64,000 nucleotides of DNA from Vicinamibacteria bacterium (lineage in GTDB: Bacteria; Acidobacteriota; Vicinamibacteria; Vicinamibacterales; JAENWD01): the NCBI GenBank assembly GCA_963796915.1, contig CAWCNI010000004.1, positions 2,693,419 to 2,757,418 on the forward strand, given 5' to 3'. Below the pieces are notes generated by a model. The model ran no database searches, had not been told where the DNA came from, and saw only the letters and a program-made list of their open reading frames with translations. A program made the translations under genes and the position numbers. Positions 28,132 through 40,637 of the stretch are shown here, piece by piece; position 1 is the stretch's first letter, and each line of letters begins with the position of its first letter.

Positions 28132-29373
28132 TCACGCTTCCAGCATGAGCTGATCGTCAATCGTCTGCCGCCGGCGGACCACGCGCCAGCCGCCGTCGTC
28201 GAGCAGCACTTCCGGCGGGAGCGGATGACGGTTGTAGAGCGACGCCATGACGGCGCCGTACGCGCCGGCGTCGAGGATCGCGACGAGGTCGCCGACCTCG
28301 AGCGGCGGCATCGGGCGCTCGCGGCCGAAGATGTCGCTGCTCTCGCAGATGGGGCCGACGATCTCACAGGGCACTTCCGCGCCGGGCCGAGGCGTCACGG
28401 CGACGATCCGGTGGTACGAGCCGTAGAGCGCCGGCCGGAGCAGCTCCGACATGCCGGCGTCGAGGACGACGAAGCGCGGCCCGCCCTCGTACGACTTGAG
28501 GTCCACGACACGGGCCAGCAGCACGCCGGCGGCGGCGACCAGCAGGCGCCCGGGCTCGACCAGCACGGTCAGGCCCGAGTCGCGGACGACGGGCAGCACC
28601 GTGGCGGCGTAGTCCGCGGGTGATGGCACCGGCGTGCCGTCGTAGGAAATGCCCAGGCCGCCACCGATATCGGCATGCTCCAGCACGATCCCGTCGCCGC
28701 GCAGCTCGGCGGCCAGGGCGACGACCCGTTCCGCGGCGCTCCGCAGCGGCTCGAGCGTGGTGATCTGCGAGCCGACGTGCACGTGGACCCCCACCGGCTC
28801 GAGGCCCGCCTGGCGCGCGTGATCCCGGTAAATCTGCCGGGCCTGGTCGAGCGGCATGCCGAACTTGTTGGTCTTGAGGCCGGTGGAGATGTGCGGGTGG
28901 CTCCTGGCGTCGATGTCGGGGTTCACCCGCAGCGCCACGCGCGCCGTCGTGTCCTGGGCTCGCGCGCGCGCCGCAATCCGGTCGAGCTCTCCCGGCGACT
29001 CGGCGTTGATCGCCTTGAGGCCGAGCGTCACGGCGCGATCGAGCTCTTCGGCGGTCTTGCCGACGCCGGTGAAGACGATCTGATCGGGAATCAGCCCGGC
29101 CCTGAGCGCGACCTCGATTTCCCCGCCTGAATTGGCATCCGCCGACGCGCCGAGGCTGCGCAGCAGCCTGACGACGGCCAGCGAGGAGTTGGCTTTCAGC
29201 GCGTAGTGGATCGCGTGCGGCGCGTCGCCGAGCGCCTCGTCGAGCTGTCGGTAGGCGGCTCGAATCAACCTGGCGTCGTAGACGTAGACGGGCGTTCCGA
29301 CCTCTGCGGCGATGGCTTCAAGGCGCGTGCGATCGAGGCTGGCGGCGGTCGTTGGCCCCGCGGAGGTGGGCAT
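28132..29373 (-). CDS. lysA: diaminopimelate decarboxylase
   Basis: PVYVYDARLIRAAYRQL...IHYALKANSSLAVVRLL (PLP-Lys), HVHVGSQI, GGGLGISY, CESSDIF. Confidence 0.9.
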   Translation of the reverse strand: MPTSAGPTTAASLDRTRLEAIAAEVGTPVYVYDARLIRAAYRQLDEALGDAPHAIHYALKANSSLAVVRLLRSLGASADANSGGEIEVALRAGLIPDQIVFTGVGKTAEELDRAVTLGLKAINAESPGELDRIAARARAQDTTARVALRVNPDIDARSHPHISTGLKTNKFGMPLDQARQIYRDHARQAGLEPVGVHVHVGSQITTLEPLRSAAERVVALAAELRGDGIVLEHADIGGGLGISYDGTPVPSPADYAATVLPVVRDSGLTVLVEPGRLLVAAAGVLLARVVDLKSYEGGPRFVVLDAGMSELLRPALYGSYHRIVAVTPRPGAEVPCEIVGPICESSDIFGRERPMPPLEVGDLVAILDAGAYGAVMASLYNRHPLPPEVLLDDGGWRVVRRRQTIDDQLMLEA

Positions 29374-29438
29374 CAGCCCACGGATCTTAGCCGAATTCAG
29401 GCCATTTCAACGTTTGACAGCCAAAAAATCGCTTTGCT

Positions 29439-30134
29439 ATGATGCGACGCGCCCGCCTGCTTTCCGCTCCGGCGAACGCCCTCCCAATGCCACCAGAATC
29501 CCAGCCGGCAGCGGCCATCGACGACCTGATCGAGCGCTGCCTGCGGGGCGACCAGCAGGCGTGGGAGCAGATCGTGCGCCAGCACTGGCGCAAGGTCTTC
29601 AACGTCGCGTACAAGTTCGTCGGCAAGCACGACGAAGCCGAGGACCTGACGCAGGACATCTTCCTCAAGATCTTCAAGTCGCTCGACACCTTCGACCGGC
29701 GCGCGAATTTCCAGACCTGGCTGATCAGCGTCAGCCGGAACCTGTGCATCGATCACTACCGCAGCGTCCGCAAGGAGCGCGAGACGATCGACAGGGACGT
29801 CGATCCGGGAGACCTGACGCCGGTCTCCCACGAGGTCAGTCCGTACGCCGCGCTCGAACATCGCGACCGCGTGACGCTGCTGAAAGAGGCGCTGGCGGAG
29901 CTGCCCGAAACCCTCCGGACTGCCGTGCTGCTGCGCGACATCCGCGAGCTGTCCTATCTCGAAATCGCGGAGGCCCTGCACCTGCCGGAGGGCACCGTGA
30001 AGTCGCGCATCAATCGCGGCCGCACCGAGCTGGCACGTCAGATCAAACGTTTGAGACAGCAGCACGAACAAGCGGCCGGGCCGCGTGGCACGCCGGGCAC
30101 CTCCGGCGGACCCGCGGCTGCGTCCGTGGAGTGA
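29439..30134 (+). CDS. ECF-type RNA polymerase sigma factor (sigma-70 family)
   Basis: Region 2 (EDLTQDIFLKIFKSLDTFDRRANFQTWLISVSRNLCIDHYR) and region 4 (LRDIRELSYLEIAEALHLPEGTVKSRINRGRTEL). The N-terminal start is uncertain. Confidence 0.85.
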   Translation: MMRRARLLSAPANALPMPPESQPAAAIDDLIERCLRGDQQAWEQIVRQHWRKVFNVAYKFVGKHDEAEDLTQDIFLKIFKSLDTFDRRANFQTWLISVSRNLCIDHYRSVRKERETIDRDVDPGDLTPVSHEVSPYAALEHRDRVTLLKEALAELPETLRTAVLLRDIRELSYLEIAEALHLPEGTVKSRINRGRTELARQIKRLRQQHEQAAGPRGTPGTSGGPAAASVE

Positions 30135-30138
30135 GCGG

Positions 30139-30480
30139 ATGAACCTCACGACTGAGATTGCCAACGGGCTTGCGATTGTCCGCGTCGGCGAGACGCGGCT
30201 GATGTACCCGATGCTGGCGGACTTCTCGTCCACAGTGTCGGGCCTCATCGCCAAGGGCGAGAAGAAGCTGATCGTCGACCTGTCGACTGTGACCTACGTC
30301 GACAGCGCCACCATCGGCTGCTTCATGGACCTCTACCGCCAGGCGACGGCCGCCGGCGCCGCGCTGCGGCTGGCCGGCGTCCAGAAGCGGGTCGAGACGA
30401 TGCTGACGATGACGGGCGCCCACAACTTCCTGCAGCTCCACGCCGACGAGGCAAGCGCCGTCCGGAGCTTCGAGGGCTAA
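30139..30480 (+). CDS. STAS-domain anti-sigma-factor antagonist (SpoIIAA/RsbV-like)
   Basis: LIVDLSTVTYVDSATIGCFMDLYRQATAAGAALRLAGVQKRVETMLTMTG. The DS(A) serine context is retained. Confidence 0.8.
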   Translation: MNLTTEIANGLAIVRVGETRLMYPMLADFSSTVSGLIAKGEKKLIVDLSTVTYVDSATIGCFMDLYRQATAAGAALRLAGVQKRVETMLTMTGAHNFLQLHADEASAVRSFEG

Positions 30481-30482
30481 CC

Positions 30483-30749
30483 ATGCGACGCATCACGACG
30501 ACGACCGGCGCCTCGATCCTGCTGGACGGCGATCTGCTTGCCGTCATGGAAACGCTCTACCACGAGATCACGGCCAGGAAGGCCCTCGAGCGCTCCTTCG
30601 AGGACATGGTCCGCGAGATCGATCACCTGATCCGCCAGATGACCGACGAGGAGCGCAGGAGCTACCTGGCGGAGAGCCTGTTCCTCAACACGGTCAAGTA
30701 CCAGAACGACAAGCTCGAGGCTTACATCAAGAAGCTCGAGAAGTCGTAA
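30483..30749 (+). CDS. small helical hypothetical protein (88 aa)
   Basis: Starts 3 nt after the STAS stop. Heptad-like charged sequence (EDMVREIDHLIRQMTDEERRSYLAESLF...KLEAYIKKLEKS). No family recognised. Confidence 0.55.
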   Translation: MRRITTTTGASILLDGDLLAVMETLYHEITARKALERSFEDMVREIDHLIRQMTDEERRSYLAESLFLNTVKYQNDKLEAYIKKLEKS

Positions 30750-30798
30750 GCAGGGTTCCAAGCCAACATTCAGCCCCTGAGATCCGTCCAAGAGGGGC

Positions 30799-33204
30799 AT
30801 GCTGGATTTTCTGCGCTACGACGTCCGCCTGGCCCTCCGGAGCCTGCGGCGCGAGCCGGCGCACTCGCTGGTCGCCATCCTCATCCTCGCCATCGGCATC
30901 GGGGCCAACACCGCCGTCTTCAGCGTGGTGAACCCCCTGCTGCTGAAGCCGCTCCCCTTCAAGGACGCCGACAGGCTCGTGTGGATCGAGAACACCGGCG
31001 GCTCCGGCCTCAGCGAGCAGACCTACCGCGTCGCGGCGTACGAAGAGCTGGCCCGCCAGAGCCGCTCGTTCGACGCGATGAGCGGATACTTCGCGTTCTT
31101 CGGCTACGCGAGCTACACGCTGAGCGGCACCGGGGTGCCGGAACGGCTGTCCGGAGTCCCCATCACCCCGGGCTTCCTGGAGATGCTGGGCGTCGCGCCC
31201 GCGCTCGGCCGCCGATTCGCCGGCGCCGAGTGGACCGCCGGGGACCCCGGCGCGGCCCTGCTGAGCGATGGCCTCTGGCGACGCCGCTTCGGCGCCGACC
31301 CGGCCATCGTCGGACGCACCGTCACCATCAACGGCGCCCCGTGCGTGGTGGCGGGCGTGCTGCCGGCAACCTTCGATTTCTCGTCGACGTTCACCCCCGG
31401 GATTCGGGTCGATCTGCTGGTGCCGGCGCGGCTCGACCTGATCCGGAATTGGGGCAACACGCTCTCGATCATCGGCCGGCTGAAGCCGGGCGCGACGATC
31501 GGCCAGGCGGAGTCGGAGCTGCGCACTCTCGTCCCGCAGATTGGGAAGGCGCAGCACTACAACTTCGGCACCGCCCTCTCCGCACTCAAGTCGCGTGTGA
31601 GCGGCCCGATGCGCCGGGCGCTGGTGGTGCTGTGGGCGGCGGTCGGCCTCGTGCTGCTCATCGTCTGCGCCAACCTGTCGAACCTGCTGCTGGCGCGCAC
31701 TGCGGCGCGATCGAAGGAGTTCGCCATCCGCCTGGCGCTCGGCGCGAGCCGCGGACGGATCGTGTCGCAGCTGCTGATGGAAGGCGTCCTGCTCGCCGGC
31801 TGCGGGGCTGTCCTGGGAGTGCCGCTCGCCTACCTGCTGACCGCCACGCTCAAGTCCTCTTCGTCGCTCGCGATTCCGCTCCTGCACCAGGTGCACGTGG
31901 ACGGGAGTGCCCTGGCGATGACCGCCGTCATCGCCATCCTGTCCGGCCTCGCCTTCGGCGCCATGCCGGCGTTGCGCGTCGCGGCGCAGCCGCCGCAGGA
32001 CGCGCTCAAGGCGCAGGGCCGCGGCACCACCGACGGCCGCCAGCACACCCGCGTACGCTCGACGCTGGTGGTCGCGGAAGTCGCGCTGGCGACTGTGCTG
32101 CTGGTCGGCGCGGGCCTGCTGCTCAAGAGCTTCGTGCACATCCTCGACGTCGATCTCGGCTTCCAGCCGTCGCGGGCGATCGGGCTGCGCCTCGAGGTCG
32201 CCGGGCAAACCGACGAGGCGACGCGGCGCCGCCGGCTGGCTGACGTCGCGCGCCAGCTGCGCGACATGCCGGGTGTCGAAGCGGCCGGCCTCACCGACGC
32301 GCTGCCGCTCGACAGGAACCGGACGTGGGATTTGGCGGTGCCGGGGCACGTGTATCCCAACAACAACGCGCCGCTGGCCTTCGTCTACATCACCGGGCCC
32401 GGCTACCTGCGCGCAATGGGCATCCCGCTGCGCAAGGGCCGGGACTTCGACGATCGCGACGTCCCGGGTGCGGCGCCCACCATGCCGATCATCATCAACG
32501 AGACGCTCGCCAGGACCCTGTTTCCTGACCAGGACGCTGTCGGCAGAGAAGCCGCGACCGGCGACACGCACTGCACCATCGTCGGCGTGGTGGCGGACGT
32601 GCGTCAGATGCGGGTGGACGAACCGCCGGCGTCGCAGATGTACTTGCCCTTCGAGGGCCAGGGCGGCCCATCCGAGCTGATCGTGCGCTCGGCGCTGCCG
32701 GCCGCAACGCTGGTCAACTCGCTGAGGGCCGCAGTCGGCCGGGCGGACCAGTCGGTGGCGGTTACGGAGGTGCGCGAGCTGAGCGACCTGGTCGATCGTG
32801 CTGTGTCGCCGCGGCGATTCCTGCTCACGCTGCTTGGCGGGTTTGCCGCGGTGGGCCTGCTGCTCGCGAGTCTCGGCATCTACGGCGTCATCTCGTACGG
32901 CGTCGCGCAGCGCGGCCAGGAAATCGGCGTGCGCATGGCTCTCGGCGCGACCGCTGGCAACGTGCAAAGCCAGGTGATGCGCGAGACCCTGCGGCTGGCA
33001 GTGGCCGGCCTCGGCGTCGGCCTGCTTGCCGCGCTCGGCGTGTCGCGCCTGATCGCGGCGCTCCTGTATGACACGTCGCCGGTCGATCCAGCGGCCTTCG
33101 GCATCACCGCATTGCTGCTGATCGGCGTGGCCGCCATCGCCGGCTACCTCCCCGCCCTGCGCGCCTCGCGGGTCGACCCAAGCACCGCGCTTCGCGCCGG
33201 ATAA
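30799..33204 (+). CDS. ADOP-family duplicated FtsX/MacB-type ABC permease (acidobacterial duplicated orphan permease)
   Basis: MLDFLRYDVRLALRSLRREPAHSLVAILILAIGIGANTAVFSVVNPLLLKPLPF N-terminus. Two FtsX-like 4-TM modules, each after a large periplasmic domain. 801 aa, with no ATPase gene adjacent. Confidence 0.85.
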   Translation: MLDFLRYDVRLALRSLRREPAHSLVAILILAIGIGANTAVFSVVNPLLLKPLPFKDADRLVWIENTGGSGLSEQTYRVAAYEELARQSRSFDAMSGYFAFFGYASYTLSGTGVPERLSGVPITPGFLEMLGVAPALGRRFAGAEWTAGDPGAALLSDGLWRRRFGADPAIVGRTVTINGAPCVVAGVLPATFDFSSTFTPGIRVDLLVPARLDLIRNWGNTLSIIGRLKPGATIGQAESELRTLVPQIGKAQHYNFGTALSALKSRVSGPMRRALVVLWAAVGLVLLIVCANLSNLLLARTAARSKEFAIRLALGASRGRIVSQLLMEGVLLAGCGAVLGVPLAYLLTATLKSSSSLAIPLLHQVHVDGSALAMTAVIAILSGLAFGAMPALRVAAQPPQDALKAQGRGTTDGRQHTRVRSTLVVAEVALATVLLVGAGLLLKSFVHILDVDLGFQPSRAIGLRLEVAGQTDEATRRRRLADVARQLRDMPGVEAAGLTDALPLDRNRTWDLAVPGHVYPNNNAPLAFVYITGPGYLRAMGIPLRKGRDFDDRDVPGAAPTMPIIINETLARTLFPDQDAVGREAATGDTHCTIVGVVADVRQMRVDEPPASQMYLPFEGQGGPSELIVRSALPAATLVNSLRAAVGRADQSVAVTEVRELSDLVDRAVSPRRFLLTLLGGFAAVGLLLASLGIYGVISYGVAQRGQEIGVRMALGATAGNVQSQVMRETLRLAVAGLGVGLLAALGVSRLIAALLYDTSPVDPAAFGITALLLIGVAAIAGYLPALRASRVDPSTALRAG

Positions 33205-33252
33205 TTGGAACTGGCGCAGTGGCCCTGGATCGCAGAAAGGCCTGAATCCCCG

Positions 33253-33335
33253 GTAGGGCGAATCTTTAGATTGGCCTCCCACCCAGCCGATCTGAGGGTC
33301 GGCCTACAGCCGGCCGATCTAAAGATCGGCCCTAC
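33253..33335. repeat. three tandem palindromic units of the GTAGGGCCGATCT-NN-AGATCGGCC family
   Basis: GTAGGGCGAATCTTTAGATTGGCC (33253-33276), GCCGATCTGAGGGTCGGCCTAC (33286-33307) and GGCCGATCTAAAGATCGGCCCTAC (33312-33335). Confidence 0.85.
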
Positions 33336-33350
33336 AGCCGTCGTATTGAG

Positions 33351-33440
33351 GCACTGCGGCACGAGCACCGCCGCACTTCCGCACTTGAGCACTTCAGCAC
33401 CGCACTGCCGCACCGCAGCACTTCAGCACCGCAGCACTGG
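33351..33440. repeat. GCACTGCGGCAC / GCACTTCAGCAC-type short tandem array
   Basis: GCACTGCGGCACGAGCACCGCCGCACTTCCGCACTTGAGCACTTCAGCACCGCACTGCCGCACCGCAGCACTTCAGCACCGCAGCACTGG. Its reverse complement matches the array at 48178-48261. Confidence 0.8.
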
Positions 33441-33462
33441 ACAAATGCGGTACAAAGAAAAA

Positions 33463-33488
33463 GGGGCGTGTGGTTCACGCCCCCTTTT
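33463..33488. terminator. bidirectional rho-independent terminator (ADOP permease / lpxC convergent junction)
   Basis: Perfect 8-bp stem GGGGCGTG / CACGCCCC with a 5-nt loop. Flanked by AAAGAAAAA on the left and CTTTT on the right. The T-run is better for minus-strand lpxC. Confidence 0.7.
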
Positions 33489-33508
33489 CGCTCTGAAACC
33501 GTCAGCTA

Positions 33509-34423
33509 TCAGTTCGCGGTGACGATGCCCTTGACGCCGAGGGATGCGGGCACGGCGTCGGCGCGCGGCGCTTCGACCAGCTGCCAGGCATCGGTTTCGG
33601 CGAGCAGCTGCGCGGCCATCGCGGTGTGCAGCGCGTGGCCGCCGCGGTGGACCACCGCGTGCGCCATCACCGGATGCCCCAGCAGCGCCAGGTCGCCGAC
33701 CAGATCGAGAATCTTGTGGCGCACGAACTCGTCTTCGAACCGCAGCGAGCTGTTCAGCACGCCGGTGTCGCCGATGACGATGGCGTTGTCGAGCGAGCCG
33801 CCGAGCGCGAGGCCGTTCTGCCGGAGCAGCTCCACTTCCTTGAGGAAGGTGAAGGTGCGCGCCGGCGCGACCTCCTCCATGAAGGTCTCCTCGTCGAGGA
33901 CCATCGTCCGGGTCTGGTGCCGCAGGAGCGGGTGATCGAAGCTGATCGTGTAGCTGACCTTGAACTGGTCGGCGGGATAGAGCGCGATCTGCTTGTCGCC
34001 GCGCGCGACGGTGATGGGCCGCGTGACCTTGAGGTACTTGCGCGGCACGTTCAGCGTGCGGACGCCGGCTTCCTGGACCAGATAAATGAAGGGCGCGGAG
34101 CTGCCGTCCATGATCGGCACTTCCGGCGTGTTCAGCTCGATCACGCAGTTGTCGATGCGCGCGCTCGACAGCGCCGCCAGCAGGTGCTCCACGGTCTCGA
34201 CGCGCGCCTCGCCAGACTTCAGCTGCGTGGCGTAGGCAACCGCCCCGACGTGCGTCACGCGCGCCGGAATCTCGATGCCGCCCAGGTCAACTCGCCGGAA
34301 CCGGATGCCGGAATCCGCGGGCGCGGGCTTGAGGGACAGCGTGACCTTCTTGCCGGAGTGCAGGCCTATCCCGGCGCAGGAGATGGCACGTCGTAGGGTG
34401 CGTTGTAGGTCCATGGGCCTCAC
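33509..34423 (-). CDS. lpxC: UDP-3-O-acyl-N-acetylglucosamine deacetylase
   Basis: QRTLRRAISCAGIGLHSGKKVTLSLKPAPADSGIRFRRVD...VETVEHLLAAL...PIMDGSSAPF...HKILDLVGDLALLG...HRGGHALH. Confidence 0.95.
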   Translation of the reverse strand: MRPMDLQRTLRRAISCAGIGLHSGKKVTLSLKPAPADSGIRFRRVDLGGIEIPARVTHVGAVAYATQLKSGEARVETVEHLLAALSSARIDNCVIELNTPEVPIMDGSSAPFIYLVQEAGVRTLNVPRKYLKVTRPITVARGDKQIALYPADQFKVSYTISFDHPLLRHQTRTMVLDEETFMEEVAPARTFTFLKEVELLRQNGLALGGSLDNAIVIGDTGVLNSSLRFEDEFVRHKILDLVGDLALLGHPVMAHAVVHRGGHALHTAMAAQLLAETDAWQLVEAPRADAVPASLGVKGIVTAN

Positions 34424-34677
34424 TGCTCACCAAGAGCGGGCAGCGTTGCCAAGAGCAAACGAAATGCCGCTATCGGATTCTTGGAGAGTTGTTGGCTAAA
34501 TGACTGACTTGCATACTGTTACATGCAAATTCAGGGGGCGGTAGTATCCGGAAGTGTTCAAAATCGTGGTTTCCCAGCCACAGTTGAGGCTTCCACGACC
34601 GTGGTTGAGCAGCCACACCGCTTACGGCGCCTTTCCTGCCGTGTAAGCGTGACGCCAGCCTCGAAATCCGGCTGGCG

Positions 34678-37528
<2,851 letters not shown>

Positions 37529-37621
37529 CGCCTCTCGGTCAGGGACATTGGAGCTGCCCCAAACCTCGAATTGTACCACCGGCGGGTGTTCCGGCGCGCC
37601 AGATCCGAACGGACGAGTTTG

Positions 37622-39112
37622 TTAGGGAATGTCCCTGATTTTCGACCGCCAGAAGCCGTAGACGAAATACAGCGCCAGGCCGATGGCCAGCCACCAGCCG
37701 AACCGCTCCCAGGCCAGCGTCGGCAGCCCCTTCATCACGAACACGCACAACGCCGCGCCGCCGATGCCGACGACGTGGACGAACGGCACGCGGAAAGGCC
37801 GCGGACGCTCGGGCTCGAGGTGCCTGAGGACGATGACGCCAATCGAGACCAGCGCGAAGGCGAACAGCGTCCCGATGTTGGTCAGGTCGTAGGTCTCGCC
37901 CGCGTCGCCGATCGCCGACCACACGGCGACGAAGATGCCGGTGAGCAGCGTCGTCGCGTACGGGATCCGGGTCTTCTTGCTCAAGCGGGCGGCCCACTGC
38001 GGGAGCAGGCCGTCGCGGGCCATCGCGAAGAAGATGCGCGGCTGGCCGTACTGGAATACCAGCAGCACCGCCGCCATCGAGAACACCGCGCCGAGGGCGA
38101 CGATCTTGGCGATGCCCTGCAGGCCGGTCGCGTTGAGCGCGTAGGCCAGCGGGTCGGCCGCCTTGCCGAGCTCGCGGTACGGCACCATGCCGGTGAGCAC
38201 GGCGCCGATGACGATGTAGATGACGGTGCAGATGGCCAGCCCCCCGAGGATCCCTATGGGGAGGTTGCGTTGGGGGTTCTTCGTCTCCTCCGCCGCCGTC
38301 GAAATCGCGTCGAAGCCGATGTAGGCGAAAAAGACGATGGCGGCGCCCTGATGGATGCCGGTGAAGCCGTTGGGCGCGAACGGCGTGTAGTTGGCCATGT
38401 TGATGTGGCCGAGCCCCGCGACGATGAACAGGGCCAGCACGACCAGCTTGACGGCCACCATGATGTTGTTCGCGCGCGTGCTTTCGCGCGCGCCAAGCAG
38501 CAGCAGCCCGGTAATCGCCGCCACGATGCCGAACGCCGGCACGTTCAGCAGCACGGGAAATCCGCCCAGCGTCGGGGCCGACTTCAGCAGTCCGTGCACG
38601 GCGGGATCGGAGCTCAGGAGCGCCGTGCGATAGCCGGTGGTGAGCCAGGCCGGTAAATCGACCCACCCGGACAGGAGGGACTTGAAGTAGTCCGCCCACG
38701 AGATCGCCACCGCGACGTTGCCGACTGCGTACTCGAGAATGAGGTCCCAGCCGATGATCCACGCCACCAGCTCGCCGAGCGTGGCGTAGGAATACGCGTA
38801 GGCGCTCCCGGCCTGCGGAATCATCGCCGCCAGTTCGGCGTAGCAGAGGCCGGCCAGCGCGCAGCAGGCACCGAGCAGGACGAAGGACAGGACGAGGGCC
38901 GGACCGGCGCCGACGCGGATCACCTCGCCGTTGGGTCCGATCTGGCCGGCCGCCGCCGACCCGATCGAGCCGAAAATCCCGGCGCCAATCACCGCCCCGA
39001 TGGCCAGCATCACCAGGTCGCCGGCGCCCAGCACGCGTTTCAGCGCATGCGCCGAGTCCGCCTCGTCGACGACCAGCGCCGCAATCGGCTTTCGCCGGAA
39101 CAACTGCAACAT
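37622..39112 (-). CDS. APC-family amino acid permease
   Basis: Start MLQLFRRKP (ATG 39112-39110). LGAGDLVMLAIGAVIGAGIFGSIG...CYAELAAMIPQAGSAYAYSY. About 12 TM helices. Confidence 0.85.
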   Translation of the reverse strand: MLQLFRRKPIAALVVDEADSAHALKRVLGAGDLVMLAIGAVIGAGIFGSIGSAAAGQIGPNGEVIRVGAGPALVLSFVLLGACCALAGLCYAELAAMIPQAGSAYAYSYATLGELVAWIIGWDLILEYAVGNVAVAISWADYFKSLLSGWVDLPAWLTTGYRTALLSSDPAVHGLLKSAPTLGGFPVLLNVPAFGIVAAITGLLLLGARESTRANNIMVAVKLVVLALFIVAGLGHINMANYTPFAPNGFTGIHQGAAIVFFAYIGFDAISTAAEETKNPQRNLPIGILGGLAICTVIYIVIGAVLTGMVPYRELGKAADPLAYALNATGLQGIAKIVALGAVFSMAAVLLVFQYGQPRIFFAMARDGLLPQWAARLSKKTRIPYATTLLTGIFVAVWSAIGDAGETYDLTNIGTLFAFALVSIGVIVLRHLEPERPRPFRVPFVHVVGIGGAALCVFVMKGLPTLAWERFGWWLAIGLALYFVYGFWRSKIRDIP

Positions 39113-39350
39113 GGGCGGTGATTCTACTCTGGGACGGACGAGCGGAGTGGGGCCTCGGGGACGCGTGCGTCCTGAGCCTGTCGAAGGACGAAACGGGGCG
39201 AGCGACGAACTGGTGTCGGGTGCGGTGGGCGCCCGCGTCGGGGGGCCTGGGCGGATTTCGTGCGAAACCGCGCACGGAGGTGTGTAGCGGCGGGAAGGCG
39301 CGACCGATACACGGCAAAACCGCCTACCGCCGGCGGCGCCCGGAGACTCC

Positions 39351-40370
39351 ATGAACTTTGCCAAGATGCTCGGCTTCAGCAGCGACCTCGCCATCGACCT
39401 CGGCACTGCCAACACGTGCGTCTACGCGCCGGGCCGCGGGATCGTGCTCAACGAGCCGTCGGTCGTCGCCTTCAACACCGTGCAGGGCCGGATCGAGGCC
39501 GTCGGCACCGAGGCCAAGGAGATGATCGGGCGGACGCCGCAGCACCTGATCGCCATCCGGCCGCTGCGCGACGGCGTCATCGCCGACTTCGAGGCCGCCG
39601 AGCGCATGCTGACGGACTTCATCCGCAAGGCGCATCCGCGGGCCGCGTGGGTCCGCCCGCGGGTCATCGTCGGCGTGCCGGCGGAAATCACCCAGGTGGA
39701 ACGCCGCGCCGTGCGCGAGAGCACGCTGCGCGCGAAGGCCAGCCAGGTCTATCTCGTGGACGAACCGGTCGCCGCGGCTGTCGGCGCCGGCCTGCCCATC
39801 ACCGAACCGACGGGCAACATGATCGTGGACATCGGCGGCGGCACCACGGACATCGCCGTCGTCTCGCTGGCCGGCATGGTCTACAGCAAGTCGGTCCGGG
39901 TCGCCGGCAACGAGATGGACGAGGCGATCATCGAGTTCATGAAGCGCGCGCACGGCCTGCTCATCGGCGAGCGGACCGCCGAGCAGATCAAGATCGAGAT
40001 CGGATCCGCCACGCCGCTGGACCGCCCGATTGCCATGGAGGTCCGCGGCCGTCACCTGGCTGACGGCATCCCCAAGAGCGTCAAGGTCACGGACATGGAA
40101 GTCCGCGGCGCCCTCAAGCCGACCATCGACGTGCTCGTCCAGGCTGTCCGCGACGCGCTCGAGCGCGTGCCGCCGGAGCTGTCCGCCGACATCTACGACC
40201 GCGGCGTCGTGCTGACCGGCGGCGGCTCGCTGCTCCGTAACCTGGACCGGCGCATCGCCGACGACACGCACCTCCCCGTCCAGCTTGCCGAGGATCCGCT
40301 GACCTCGGTGGTGAAGGGCGCGGGCATGATGCTGGAAGACTTGCCGCTGCTCCAGAAACTGGCGGCCTGA
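39351..40370 (+). CDS. mreB: rod shape-determining protein MreB (copy 1)
   Basis: DLAIDLGTANTCVYAPGRGIVLNEPSVVAF...IRPLRDGVIADFEAAERML...VDIGGGTTDIAV...VLTGGGSLLRNLD. Confidence 0.93.
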   Translation: MNFAKMLGFSSDLAIDLGTANTCVYAPGRGIVLNEPSVVAFNTVQGRIEAVGTEAKEMIGRTPQHLIAIRPLRDGVIADFEAAERMLTDFIRKAHPRAAWVRPRVIVGVPAEITQVERRAVRESTLRAKASQVYLVDEPVAAAVGAGLPITEPTGNMIVDIGGGTTDIAVVSLAGMVYSKSVRVAGNEMDEAIIEFMKRAHGLLIGERTAEQIKIEIGSATPLDRPIAMEVRGRHLADGIPKSVKVTDMEVRGALKPTIDVLVQAVRDALERVPPELSADIYDRGVVLTGGGSLLRNLDRRIADDTHLPVQLAEDPLTSVVKGAGMMLEDLPLLQKLAA

Positions 40371-40637
40371 CCGTCAGGCAATTTCGACATACCCGTCAAA
40401 GCGACGCGATCGTGTAACGGGCGCGTGTGCGCCTTACGCGGTCGCGGCGGAACCGCCACGCGCCACGCGGTGCAACGCACGCTGCACCGTGCGCCGCGCC
40501 GTGAAAGCCTGCCTTTTTCTCACCTGCTCGGAAGACGGCCGAACGGCGCTGCCGCGAGCTCGGCGGGCACGCCAGTTGCTCTGCAGTTGCGAGATCCGGC
40601 GGGCCCCGCCGGGCTCACCCTCAACTCCGGAGTCGCC

